The notes beneath the pieces were generated by a model. The model searched no databases. It saw only the letters and a program-made list of their open reading frames with translations, and was not told the DNA's origin. Shown here piece after piece: positions 39,901 through 49,020 of a stretch of DNA of 64,000 bases (the stretch's first letter is position 1; each line of letters starts with the position of its first letter). A program made the position numbers and the translations under genes. This stretch comes from a virus (taxonomy: Duplodnaviria; Caudoviricetes): positions 268-64,267 of IMG/VR virus record IMGVR_UViG_3300042691_006355; one strand, given 5' to 3'.

Positions 39901-40810
39901 CGATCGACTTCGATTTTACCCAACATCGTATGGTTTATCTCGTTGATACCTTTAAAGTGTTTTACCTGTAACAATTGCTCTCTGATTGTCAATCGTCTGA
40001 TTACTCCGTCTACTTTTCTAAAGCCTACGTTGTCGTTTATTTTTCCGTATTTCATGGTTTCTATGTTTTATTGGTTAGTTAATCTTGACATGCTCTGAGC
40101 ACACTAGATAGTGTCTCGTATAGGAATTGTCCTTTGTATCTCTTGAGACCGAATCTATCTAGCGTTATTTGCTCATCAGATAGCTCTATCGTCCTGTATG
40201 TTCCTGTGCGCTGACCATAGTGGTCTTCATCGCAGATATAGTATGTTCTCATGGTTATCCGTATATATAGTTAATACTCTTGTATGCCGTTAGCATCATT
40301 TCAAACGCCTGTACTTGCTTTTCTAAGGTCTCTAGGTCATCTAGGTCAAACGTATCCCAATAGCCCTCTATGTCAAACAGCATCCCATCGTGGTGCTCCT
40401 CGGTAAAGTCTAGCAATTCGTCCTTGATTGTGTTGTATCTTCTCAACAGCGCTTTGAATTTTTCTCCTTTTGTCATGATTCCTATGTTTTATGGTTAAGA
40501 CGGCATCTTGTGAATGCCGTTTCGATTATTCAAATCTCATCAGTTAACCTTAAATGTACATGTGGCTTACTTGCCCAACGATTAGCTTGTACACGATAAA
40601 CGTTACTCCGTAAGCGAACATGCCAAACATTACTCCTACGTACACCTTGGTTATTACATCAATTGCTTTCATGGTTATATATATTTATTGGTTACTTAAT
40701 TAACGATGCGTGAACGGGATGCGCACCTTTTGCTCTCTTACTAATACTCCGTTCTGAAAGAATCCCCATACCTCGAAGATGCCCTCAATTCTAATCACTC
40801 TAGCTTCCAT
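36927..40810 (-). CDS. Array of ~17 small early genes (e.g. 37300-37518, 37524-37778, 37781-38005, 38129-38302, 38299-38673, 38685-39200, 39206-39673, 39828-40055, 40255-40476, 40550-40672, 40700-40810)
   Basis: Head-to-tail ORFs, most preceded by a shared AA(C/T)CATG start context; products unrecognised. Confidence 0.65.
40493..40549 (-). ncRNA. Hammerhead ribozyme, type I
   Basis: GGTTAA CTGATGA GATT-tgaat-AATC GAA ACGGCAT-tcacaag-ATGCCGT C TTAACC: full core, three paired stems, GUC cleavage triplet. Confidence 0.93.
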
Positions 40811-40832
40811 GGTTATATAGTTTATTGGTTAG

Positions 40833-40879
40833 TGGTGCACTCAGTATCGCTCTGATTAACTAGTCACTCTAGGTGCACC
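40833..40879 (-). ncRNA. Mini tRNA-like three-way junction
   Basis: GGTGCAC/GTGCACC 7-bp stem enclosing CTAG-agtga-CTAG and TCAG-agcgata-CTGA hairpins. Confidence 0.5.
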
Positions 40880-41111
40880 TAAAATTGCGTTTTGAACTTG
40901 CACCTCGCTTATATAGATGGAATCGAACCACCACAAGTTCTAGGTTTGATAGCCACGTTAAACTGCTATCTCTCTTCTTTATCCCTATGCCATGCATGGT
41001 GTTGACATCAGCCATCTGAGTAATGTACTGATTGCCGTAGCTTTGGGGAGTCTTTATACTTACCCACACTACCCTAGGTCTGACCTACCCCGTTAATGTT
41101 TATTGTCTTAC

Positions 41112-41127
41112 CAATATGTCAAAGAAC
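41112..41127 (-). promoter_or_regulatory. boxA-like antitermination element
   Basis: GTTCTTTGACATATTG, matching rrn boxA (GYTCTTTAACA-type) ~170 nt downstream of the early promoter. Confidence 0.7.
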
Positions 41128-41299
41128 ATCCCATCTCACGTGTTGACTGAACTACTTTGAACCATCTAACCTTGTGTTGACCTCCGAAGAGCACCTTGTT
41201 AAACTTTATCGTTTCGTTCACCTTTAGCATACTGATTCGTCATCGTAACGTCTAGAGGCTTGTCATTAATTTTAGTGTCGTTAGCTCGTTTGCTTGTTG

Positions 41300-41307
41300 T
41301 AAAGATA
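41300..41307 (-). promoter_or_regulatory. Putative early promoter -7 element
   Basis: TATCTTTA, one mismatch from TAnnTTTG, at head of the minus-strand arm. Confidence 0.55.
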
Positions 41308-41357
41308 ATGCGGAAAAGAGGTAAGTAGTACACTTTTTTCGCAGTTAGATTGAAGAT

Positions 41358-41429
41358 TACGTGTTTATACGTAGAAGAGTCTAAGTAGAACTACGTAGAG
41401 GGTACTACGTAGAAATACGTAGATGACGG
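41358..41429. repeat. Three imperfect 24-bp tandem repeats, each with two TACGTA-like palindromes
   Basis: Motif starts at 41358, 41368, 41382, 41392, 41406 and 41416. Confidence 0.8.
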
Positions 41430-41920
41430 GTTTGGTTATCGGTATAAAACGGCTGAAACGTAGTGTGGGCAAGGCTTACAGCGAATTACACCATGGGTGC
41501 ATAAAAAATGTATGGGATTTCGCATGGTAGGGGGGTGTTGCCTACCCTCTCACAGCGTGCAACGGATATGCCAATCGACTTACATATTGGCACGCCATCT
41601 CAACAGCAAATGTTAACGAATGTTAATTCTATTTAACATAATCAAAGTTATAAGACAAGCCGTACAACAGCACGTCATACCATCGGGTTGGTCATCAGAT
41701 AGACAGGTAGTGCTACCTACCTACGCGACAGCATGCCCACGTGCACGTCAAATAATAGGCAGGCAGGCAGGCAGGTCGGTAGGCAAAAAGCTAGAAATTC
41801 CGAACGAACTTTTGGAAATGACTACCCCCCCCTCGATTTTAAAACCGTTTTCCTTTTCGCCTCGCCAGCCTGAAATCCCCCCATTACCCAAAAACTCCGT
41901 ATATTTGACAAAAAAAAGAT

Positions 41921-42170
41921 ATGGCTAAAGCTAGGAAGGAACATCCAAAACCAAGGAGCAAAAGATCTATCAGACGTTTGGCCGAAATGGTAGAAATGAA
42001 TAATAAAAAAATGGCTAAATTTGTAGAAGAATATGATGCTCGAAATTCATAACATGATACCTGTCGGACTGAATGTCGGATTTGAGATATACGGTAAGGA
42101 GGATGGTTTTGACTACTACGAGCTTCAGATCAATTTATTAATTATAAAACTTGTTTTCAAATGGCAATGA
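41921..42170 (+). CDS. Two small ORFs (41921-42052, 43 aa; 42033-42170, 45 aa)
   Basis: Below ORF-track cutoff; follow TATATTTG at 41900 and TAAATTTG at 42016. Confidence 0.5.
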
Positions 42171-43558
42171 TGAAATACGGGAGATTTTCTCCTAAAACAA
42201 CCGATCCAGATACTGGTGCCAGAATAGCTGACCCAGAGGTTTATGGTCAAATGACCAAGAGTGGTAATAAGGTGTCTAGCTGGCCAGAGTTAAGAACAAT
42301 GTATCAGTCTGGAAAACTAAACGAAGATTTCTTTGGTAAGGGTGGCACAAAAGCAAAACCTGGAAAAGATAATAGATATCAATTTTTTCCTCAAGACGTA
42401 AAGAATTACCTTGAAGGTAAAACTGATAAGCTAGACGATGTAAACTACGAGGAGCCAACTATTGATGAAGGATATGCTGAAATAGGTGGCAATAGAAAAA
42501 GAATATCTGCAAACCTTAACTTAAAAGTAAACAGTCCAAAATGGAAAGCAGCTATAAAAAAAAGCACTGTTCCTGGTGATAAGTATACCCCATCTGAAGA
42601 GGGTATGGATCGTCAAGTAGATATTGGCGACCAAAAGGGTAGTTGGGGAGAATATTATGGAGTTAGTTCAATTAGAAAAACTAAAGAAACAACACCTACT
42701 CCTCCTCCTCCTCCTCCAACAAAGAAAGAGTCAACACCAGAGGTTATTCAACCTATCGCTTTAAAAAAGCCAGGTCTTATAAAAAATAAAATGAAAACCC
42801 TTGGTGATGTTACAGTTTTAGAAGAAGGATCTTGGCAGCCTCCAGTACCTAGTAGAATTAATGTTGAGGTTGATAAGTCAAGAGAAGGTGGTCAAGGTGG
42901 TAAGTTTGGTCTTCGTAAAAAAATATCTGATGGCGAATTAAAGTCATCTTTTCGTATGGGCGTTTCTGGAGGTAGAAACAAAAGAGAAGAGAGAATGGCA
43001 AAGTCGTTTTATTCTCCAGAGTCAGAGCTTGGTCATGGTGGTTACTACTCTAGCATGGATGAAACTGAGGGGAATATAAGCAAGGCTATCAGATCTGACA
43101 TAAAAGACATTAGACAAGAGAAGAGAGACTGGAAGAAAAATACAAGTTTGACTGGAGCAGACAAGAGAGAAGGAGCTAAAGAGTTTAGAAAAGATATTAA
43201 AACTGGTAGACTTTCAGCTAGATATGCTAATAGAGGTGACTTACATTCAGAAGGAACTAAAGTATGGGCAGAGGGTGAAAAATCAAAACTCAAAACTTGG
43301 ACAGCAGATATAGATAAAAAGGGAAGAGAAGGCGCAATGTCTGGGTATGTTCAATCAGCTGTTCAAAATTTAAAAAGTATTGCTTCAATGAGGCAGGCAG
43401 AAAATAGAAATATAAGCAATGCTAATATCTCAAATTACAATAAGAGATATGACAAACAGGAGCAATACATTAAATCTGCTGAAGATAATGCGACAAATAG
43501 AAATACTGTTGAAGCTAAAATGAAGCAATATACTGGATGGAATAGATTTATTAAATAA
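42161..43558 (+). CDS. Hypothetical basic protein with Pro-rich linker
   Basis: 465 aa, TPTPPPPPPT linker. Confidence 0.7.
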   Translation: MAMMKYGRFSPKTTDPDTGARIADPEVYGQMTKSGNKVSSWPELRTMYQSGKLNEDFFGKGGTKAKPGKDNRYQFFPQDVKNYLEGKTDKLDDVNYEEPTIDEGYAEIGGNRKRISANLNLKVNSPKWKAAIKKSTVPGDKYTPSEEGMDRQVDIGDQKGSWGEYYGVSSIRKTKETTPTPPPPPPTKKESTPEVIQPIALKKPGLIKNKMKTLGDVTVLEEGSWQPPVPSRINVEVDKSREGGQGGKFGLRKKISDGELKSSFRMGVSGGRNKREERMAKSFYSPESELGHGGYYSSMDETEGNISKAIRSDIKDIRQEKRDWKKNTSLTGADKREGAKEFRKDIKTGRLSARYANRGDLHSEGTKVWAEGEKSKLKTWTADIDKKGREGAMSGYVQSAVQNLKSIASMRQAENRNISNANISNYNKRYDKQEQYIKSAEDNATNRNTVEAKMKQYTGWNRFIK

Positions 43559-43574
43559 ATAATCCAAAAAATCT

Positions 43575-43604
43575 AAAAAAAATGGGGCTTCGGCCCCTTT
43601 TTTT
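43575..43604. terminator. Intrinsic terminator, possibly bidirectional
   Basis: A-tract, GGGGC-TTCG-GCCCC, T7. Confidence 0.9.
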
Positions 43605-43651
43605 GTTTTATTAAATAAAAAATTACTAAATTTGGTGTAAAATTTAATAAA

Positions 43652-45217
43652 ATGATAGTAAAAGAGATCCATTTTGGCGATGAAGGCCAAAAAAAGTTGA
43701 AATCTGGCATCAAAAAGATTGCTGGAGCTGTAAAAAGCACCCTCGGAGCGAGAGGTAGGACTGTTTTGATTGAGTCTGAGAACCATGTTGGAGGTATTAC
43801 AGTGACAAAGGACGGTGTGACTGTCGCTAAGTCAATAAACCTGTACGATCCGACTGAGAACCTAGCTGTGATCATGATGAGACAGGCAGCTGACAAGACT
43901 GCAACAGTTGCTGGCGATGGTACAACCACGTCAATTGTGCTTGCAGAGGCTATTATTGACGCTGCTGACAAGTATATCAGTCCAGATCACAACGTAACTG
44001 AGGTGATACGCAAGATTAACAGCATCACAAAGAACGTTGTATCAAACCTTGAGAAGAGATCAAAGAAAGTTAGCGGACGCAGGCTGTATGACGTTGCATC
44101 TATCTCTGCAAATAACGACCAAGAGGTTGGCAAGATGATTGGTGACGCATTCTCTGAGGTTTCTCTTGTGACTGTTGAGAACAGCATGAACTCTGAGACA
44201 AGGGTAGAGATCATCAACGGAATGAGAATAGAGAGGGGTTACACCTCACCTTACTTTGTTAACGATCAGAAGAAGCAGGAGTGCATCCTTGATAATCCGT
44301 ATGTATTGATTTGCGACCATGAGATCAACAACATCTCTAACCTAGAAAAGATCTTAGCGCCAATTGTATCACAGGGTAGATCTTTACTAATTATTGGTAA
44401 CCTAGGACCCAACGCTCTTCAGACGTTAAACGTTAACGTATACCAAGGCAAGATCAAGGCGTGTAACATTATGCCTCCATCGTTTGGATACAGACAGAAA
44501 GACCTACTTAAAGATCTAGCTGTTGCGTTGGGTGGAACATACTTCAGCGAGGACACTGGTGACGACCTTTCTATCATTAACTTGATTGACCTAGGTAGAG
44601 CTTCAAAGATTATTGTTAAGAAAGACATGACGGTATTCATGCACCATGCTGAGTTCAAGGAAGACATCGACAACCACTTGGCTGAGCTTAACGGAATGAT
44701 TAATCAGACTGACGATCAGGTAGAACGAGAGTTCTTAAGAGAGCGTATCGCAAATATTTCTGGTGGAATTGGAGTTATATACGTTGGTGCACAGAGCGAC
44801 ATCGAGCAGAAGGAGAAGAGAGACCGAATTGACGATGCCGTATACGCTGTTATGGCTGCGTTAGAGGAAGGAATTCTTCCAGGTGGAGGTATTGCATTAG
44901 CTGAGTGTGCTTCGTTGATTGACGACAACGATGACGTAGCATCTAAGATCATGTATGACGCTCTTATCGCTCCGTTTAATCAGATCTTGATCAACGCAGG
45001 AAAGAACCCTAAGTCAATCGCTCTTAACATGTTTGAGAACAAGGGGTGGGGTTATGACGTTAAGAACGAGGTTGCTGGCGACATGATCAAGATGGGTATC
45101 ATTGACCCGACTAAGGTTACAAAGAACGCACTACTAAACGCTGTGTCTGTTGCAACAACAATTATGAGTACAAACGCAATTATAACAAATGTCAGAGCAG
45201 ATGAAAGTACTAAATAA
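43652..45217 (+). CDS. groEL: Phage chaperonin GroEL
   Basis: TKDGVTVAK, AGDGTTT, EEGILPGGG, GIIDPTKV; lacks GGM tail. Confidence 0.97.
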   Translation: MIVKEIHFGDEGQKKLKSGIKKIAGAVKSTLGARGRTVLIESENHVGGITVTKDGVTVAKSINLYDPTENLAVIMMRQAADKTATVAGDGTTTSIVLAEAIIDAADKYISPDHNVTEVIRKINSITKNVVSNLEKRSKKVSGRRLYDVASISANNDQEVGKMIGDAFSEVSLVTVENSMNSETRVEIINGMRIERGYTSPYFVNDQKKQECILDNPYVLICDHEINNISNLEKILAPIVSQGRSLLIIGNLGPNALQTLNVNVYQGKIKACNIMPPSFGYRQKDLLKDLAVALGGTYFSEDTGDDLSIINLIDLGRASKIIVKKDMTVFMHHAEFKEDIDNHLAELNGMINQTDDQVEREFLRERIANISGGIGVIYVGAQSDIEQKEKRDRIDDAVYAVMAALEEGILPGGGIALAECASLIDDNDDVASKIMYDALIAPFNQILINAGKNPKSIALNMFENKGWGYDVKNEVAGDMIKMGIIDPTKVTKNALLNAVSVATTIMSTNAIITNVRADESTK

Positions 45218-45458
45218 ATTTATACTGATAGAGAAGGTTGTAGAACAAAAACAATCAAAGAGTGGATTGATACTTAGCGGTGAAGAGTACCAAGACATGA
45301 GGTATCACTACGGCACAATTTTCGAGACTGGATCAAACGTATCTGGGATGTCGAAAGGTGACAAGGTGATGTACGACAAGGTACACTCATACGAGGTCAT
45401 GATCGACAACAACAGGCTTACTGTTGTTCAAGAGAAGGATATTGTTTGTGTTCTTTAA
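45201..45458 (+). CDS. groES: Co-chaperonin GroES
   Basis: SKSGLIL, KGDKVMY, EKDIVCVL; overlaps groEL 3' end. Confidence 0.88.
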   Translation: MKVLNKFILIEKVVEQKQSKSGLILSGEEYQDMRYHYGTIFETGSNVSGMSKGDKVMYDKVHSYEVMIDNNRLTVVQEKDIVCVL

Positions 45459-45924
45459 AATCTGAGTTAAATCTCTTAATAGCTTGGGCTAGCATCCTTT
45501 CGGAGTAAGATGCATTTGGTTTCATAACCTTATTTCGTCTTGGTGTCTCTGGGAATGGTTCTAGCCCAATTAGCTTTCTGTACATGCTGGCTATCATCTT
45601 TTTAGACTGGAACGATAGCTCGTACAGGTTGTACTCTCCAGCCTTCTTCTTTCTCCATATTGAGATGAATCCATCTCTAAGAAGTCTGTCAAACCTATTT
45701 CTGTCCCAGCTCATAAATGAGGCGTACTCCTGGAACTTAGTTCGTGTAAAAAGCTTTTCTGAGTATAAAAACAGAAGCATGTCTATGTCTGCCGATGACT
45801 TGAGTCCGTACTGGTATATGGCCCACTTTCTAATCATCCCCCAGTTCTTTAGGAAGTCATACTTTGTGTCTCTTCCGTAGTAAACAATATTTTCTCTCTT
45901 TCTTTTTATTTTTCTAATTTTCAT
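45418..45924 (-). CDS. Hypothetical protein, possible winged-helix regulator
   Basis: Lone minus-strand gene in the late arm; RLLRDGFISIWR...LYELS wHTH-like pattern. Confidence 0.6.
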   Translation of the reverse strand: MKIRKIKRKRENIVYYGRDTKYDFLKNWGMIRKWAIYQYGLKSSADIDMLLFLYSEKLFTRTKFQEYASFMSWDRNRFDRLLRDGFISIWRKKKAGEYNLYELSFQSKKMIASMYRKLIGLEPFPETPRRNKVMKPNASYSERMLAQAIKRFNSDFKEHKQYPSLEQQ

Positions 45925-45950
45925 TATATTTGTATTTCAAAAACAAAGTT

Positions 45951-47858
45951 ATGAAAAATAGAACGACAAATATGACTACTGGTCCTATTAAAAATAAGAG
46001 GACTACAAAGAATACTACCGTTGGTGTAGACAGGGAAGCGTCTGAATTTGAAGCTTACATGAGTTCATTCGCTAATGGATTATCAGAAACTTCTAGGCCA
46101 ACAATATCTGGAGGGCGTGTAATTAAAGTTAACTCTATGAATAGAGATAACAATACAATGACCTCTAACAAGGTAAGACTAGATAGAAGTGGTAACATTA
46201 TTTCTAATCAGGTTACAGACTACAATAAGATTCCTTTTAAAAACAAAGCTATTGACCTAATCAATAGAGTTGATTACAACATTGGTAATGCAATGAATAG
46301 AGGTGTAGATCAAATAAAATCAGCTCCATCAGCAATGAGACAAGACTTAAGGGAAATTGCTAATAAAGCAGGAAGGATGTTAACAAAAGAAAACTATAAT
46401 AAAGGAGATGTAACCTCTGAATTTGACGGCAATGTTGTTTCTGGAGTATCTAGAACTAGACCAACAATGAGTGGTGGTATGCAAGAAAAAGTAAAGTATG
46501 ACATGCCAGGAGGAGGAAAAAGAATTGAGAAAAAAAGATATAATGAAGAAGGTTATATAACTGACAGAAAAATAAAAGATAGAAAAATAAATCCACGATA
46601 ATGAAAAAAGCAATCACAGAAAAAAAGACTGGCGAGAAGTACGCAAGCAAGTCAGCTAAAATGAAGCACGAAAAATCAGAATCTAAAAAAGAGATGATTA
46701 AGGAGTACGGAATGAAGGCTGCAATGAAGAAGATGAAAAAATGAAAGACTCTCGATTAGAAAGAGCTGGTGTTGAGGGGTTCAACAAACCAAAAAGAACC
46801 CCTTCTCACCCTACAAAAAGTCACATTGTTGTTGCCAAGGAAGGCGATCAGATCAAGACTATTCGTTTTGGTCAACAGGGCGTTAAGACCAATCAAACAG
46901 CTGGTCAAAGAGAGGCGTTTAAGAGTCGTCACGCAAAGAATATTTCCAAGGGAAAGATGAGTGCCGCATACTGGGCAGACAAGGTTAAGTGGTCACCAAG
47001 TAAGACCGCATCTCCAAGTAAGAAATGGGTTAAGGGTTCGTAATGAGCGTAACTAAGAAAAAAAATCCAGAGCTATGGAACAGAATTGTTTCAAGCGTTA
47101 AGGCAGGCACAAAGGGAGGTGACGCAGGTCAGTGGTCTGCTAGAAAGGCCCAGCTAGCTGTATCTAAGTATAAAGAGGCAGGCGGCAAGTATGATGGGAA
47201 AAAGTCTAGCTCAAACAGTCTTTCTAAATGGACAAAGCAGGAGTGGACAACAAAGAGTGGAAAGCCAAGCAAGGAGACTGGAGAGAGATACCTTCCTAAG
47301 AAGGCCATAGAGTCTTTAACGCCACAAGAGTATGCAGCAACAACAAAGGCAAAGAGACAGGGTGGTGGTACTGGTAACGTTGTAGGGCAACCAAAAAGTA
47401 TAGCTAAGAAGACAGCAAAATACAGATCATGATCATAATCAAGAAACACTACGGATTCGGAGACACTGTCCATGCGATAACTAGAGCCACTGGAATTGAG
47501 AAGGTGGTAAAGGCGGTTGCTGGTGAGGACTGCGGATGTGGCGAAAGAAAAGAAAAACTAAACGATCCAAACTTATTAATTAACAGAATATTTTATGGGA
47601 CAGAGCAAGACATCCAAGTACTACGCAGCAAATCCAACGGCAGCGGAGAAGAGGAGAGAGTATCAGAGGGAGCTTAACAAGAGCGAGTCTGAGAAGAAGT
47701 ACAGAGCAGAGCATACTAAAGAAAGACGTAAAAGGGGTATTGACGGAAAGGGAGGCCCAGACGTTAGTATGAAAAAAAATGGTAAATTTGTACTTGAGTC
47801 TGCTTCTACCAATAGGGGTAGAAACGGAGCGAACGGAAAAAGTACAAAGAAAAATTAG
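45951..47858 (+). CDS. Cluster of small, mostly Lys/Arg-rich proteins (45951-46601, 46601-46744, 46741-47043, 47043-47432 DUF5872-like, 47429-47677, 47595-47858)
   Basis: Overlapping start/stop codons; GQWSARKAQL...YK.AGG.Y...LSKWTKQEW motif in 47043-47432. Confidence 0.7.
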
Positions 47859-47879
47859 TAACTTTACAAAAAAAATATT

Positions 47880-49020
47880 ATGCCAGTATCAATACCAGCA
47901 GGAACAAAGTTTGAGGCGATTAAGCCTACAACTAATGTAAACAGACGATCAGCGTTAGTAAACGCTAATGACTTAACGTATACCATCGAGGACATTGCTG
48001 CCGTAGCAGGAGGTGCTAAAGTAGCACAAGTTGAAATCACAGAAGCTGAAATATTAAACGCTTCAGGATTTTCAAAATTATTAGTACCTTCTGTAACTAA
48101 TAAAATACTAATACCTATATCTTTAGCTTTATACAGAAAACCAGGTGGTACTAACTATATCATTTCTAATTCAATAAGGTTAATCACAATTTTGGGGATT
48201 AGTTCTACAACTCTTGGTAATACAGCAGACGCTGCTTTTACAGGCTCAACACAAGGCTCTTTAATATTAACTTATGCTGCTGGACTTAATAGTAATTTAT
48301 CACCAAATAATAATTTGTCTTTAGTTTCTGGATCTGCATTCTCTCCAAGTACAATTTCAGGAGGAACAGGAAATTTAATTGCTTACATCACTTATATAGA
48401 AATAGATACTAACTAATAAATACACAAAATGGCATATCAAAAATTACAACAAAGTAGAGCAGCAGCTGTAACAACTAGCGACACTGACAATATACCATAC
48501 GTTGGATATCCAACTGAGACATGGCCATGTGTGCTGTACTCTGGATCTGGAGGTATTATTAGAGTTTTAACAGCTGGAGGAGATGACGTTACATTTGAGA
48601 ATGTTCCTGCTGGAGTTGTTTTGCCGATACAGGTAATTAGAGTATTTGCATCAACTACATCAGCTACTGACATCGTAGCTCTTTGGTAAGATGGCTCTTA
48701 TTAGTAACGAAGGATCTGTTGGGCTAACTAGCACTATACTCTATGAGTGTAGGCCACAGAACGTTTGTGCTATAAACTATATAAGATTTTCTAACTCTGT
48801 TACTAACTACGATGTATTGCTACAGAAGTATGTAGCGTCAACCGCATCAACTGTTGACATATACTCTCTTAATCTAACTCATGGCGATACAGTGACTGAC
48901 GACATGACGTACATACTACATCCAGGAGACTACATCTCGGCAGTTACAACTGATGTTAATACTACATTTATAATTAGCGGAGAAGAGGGACCTAACTTAT
49001 CTTTCTTAAGATGCAAGTAA
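47880..49020 (+). CDS. Three small beta-rich structural proteins (47880-48416, 48429-48689, 48691-49020)
   Basis: Beta-rich composition; VTFENVPAGVVLPIQVIRV motif; precede tail fibre. Confidence 0.6.

Noticed and set aside
40150-40185. Second hammerhead (CTGATGA on minus strand)
   Set aside because: No GAAA after stem II; lies inside a plausible 57-aa ORF
40869-41069. 66-aa ORF in the early leader
   Set aside because: GTG start lacking the shared leader; overlaps strong RNA stems
41358-41429. CRISPR or mini-array
   Set aside because: Tandem degenerate units without unique spacers; no cas genes
41620-41928. 102-aa ORF
   Set aside because: Runs through simple repeats and C-tracts with atypical composition; likely spurious
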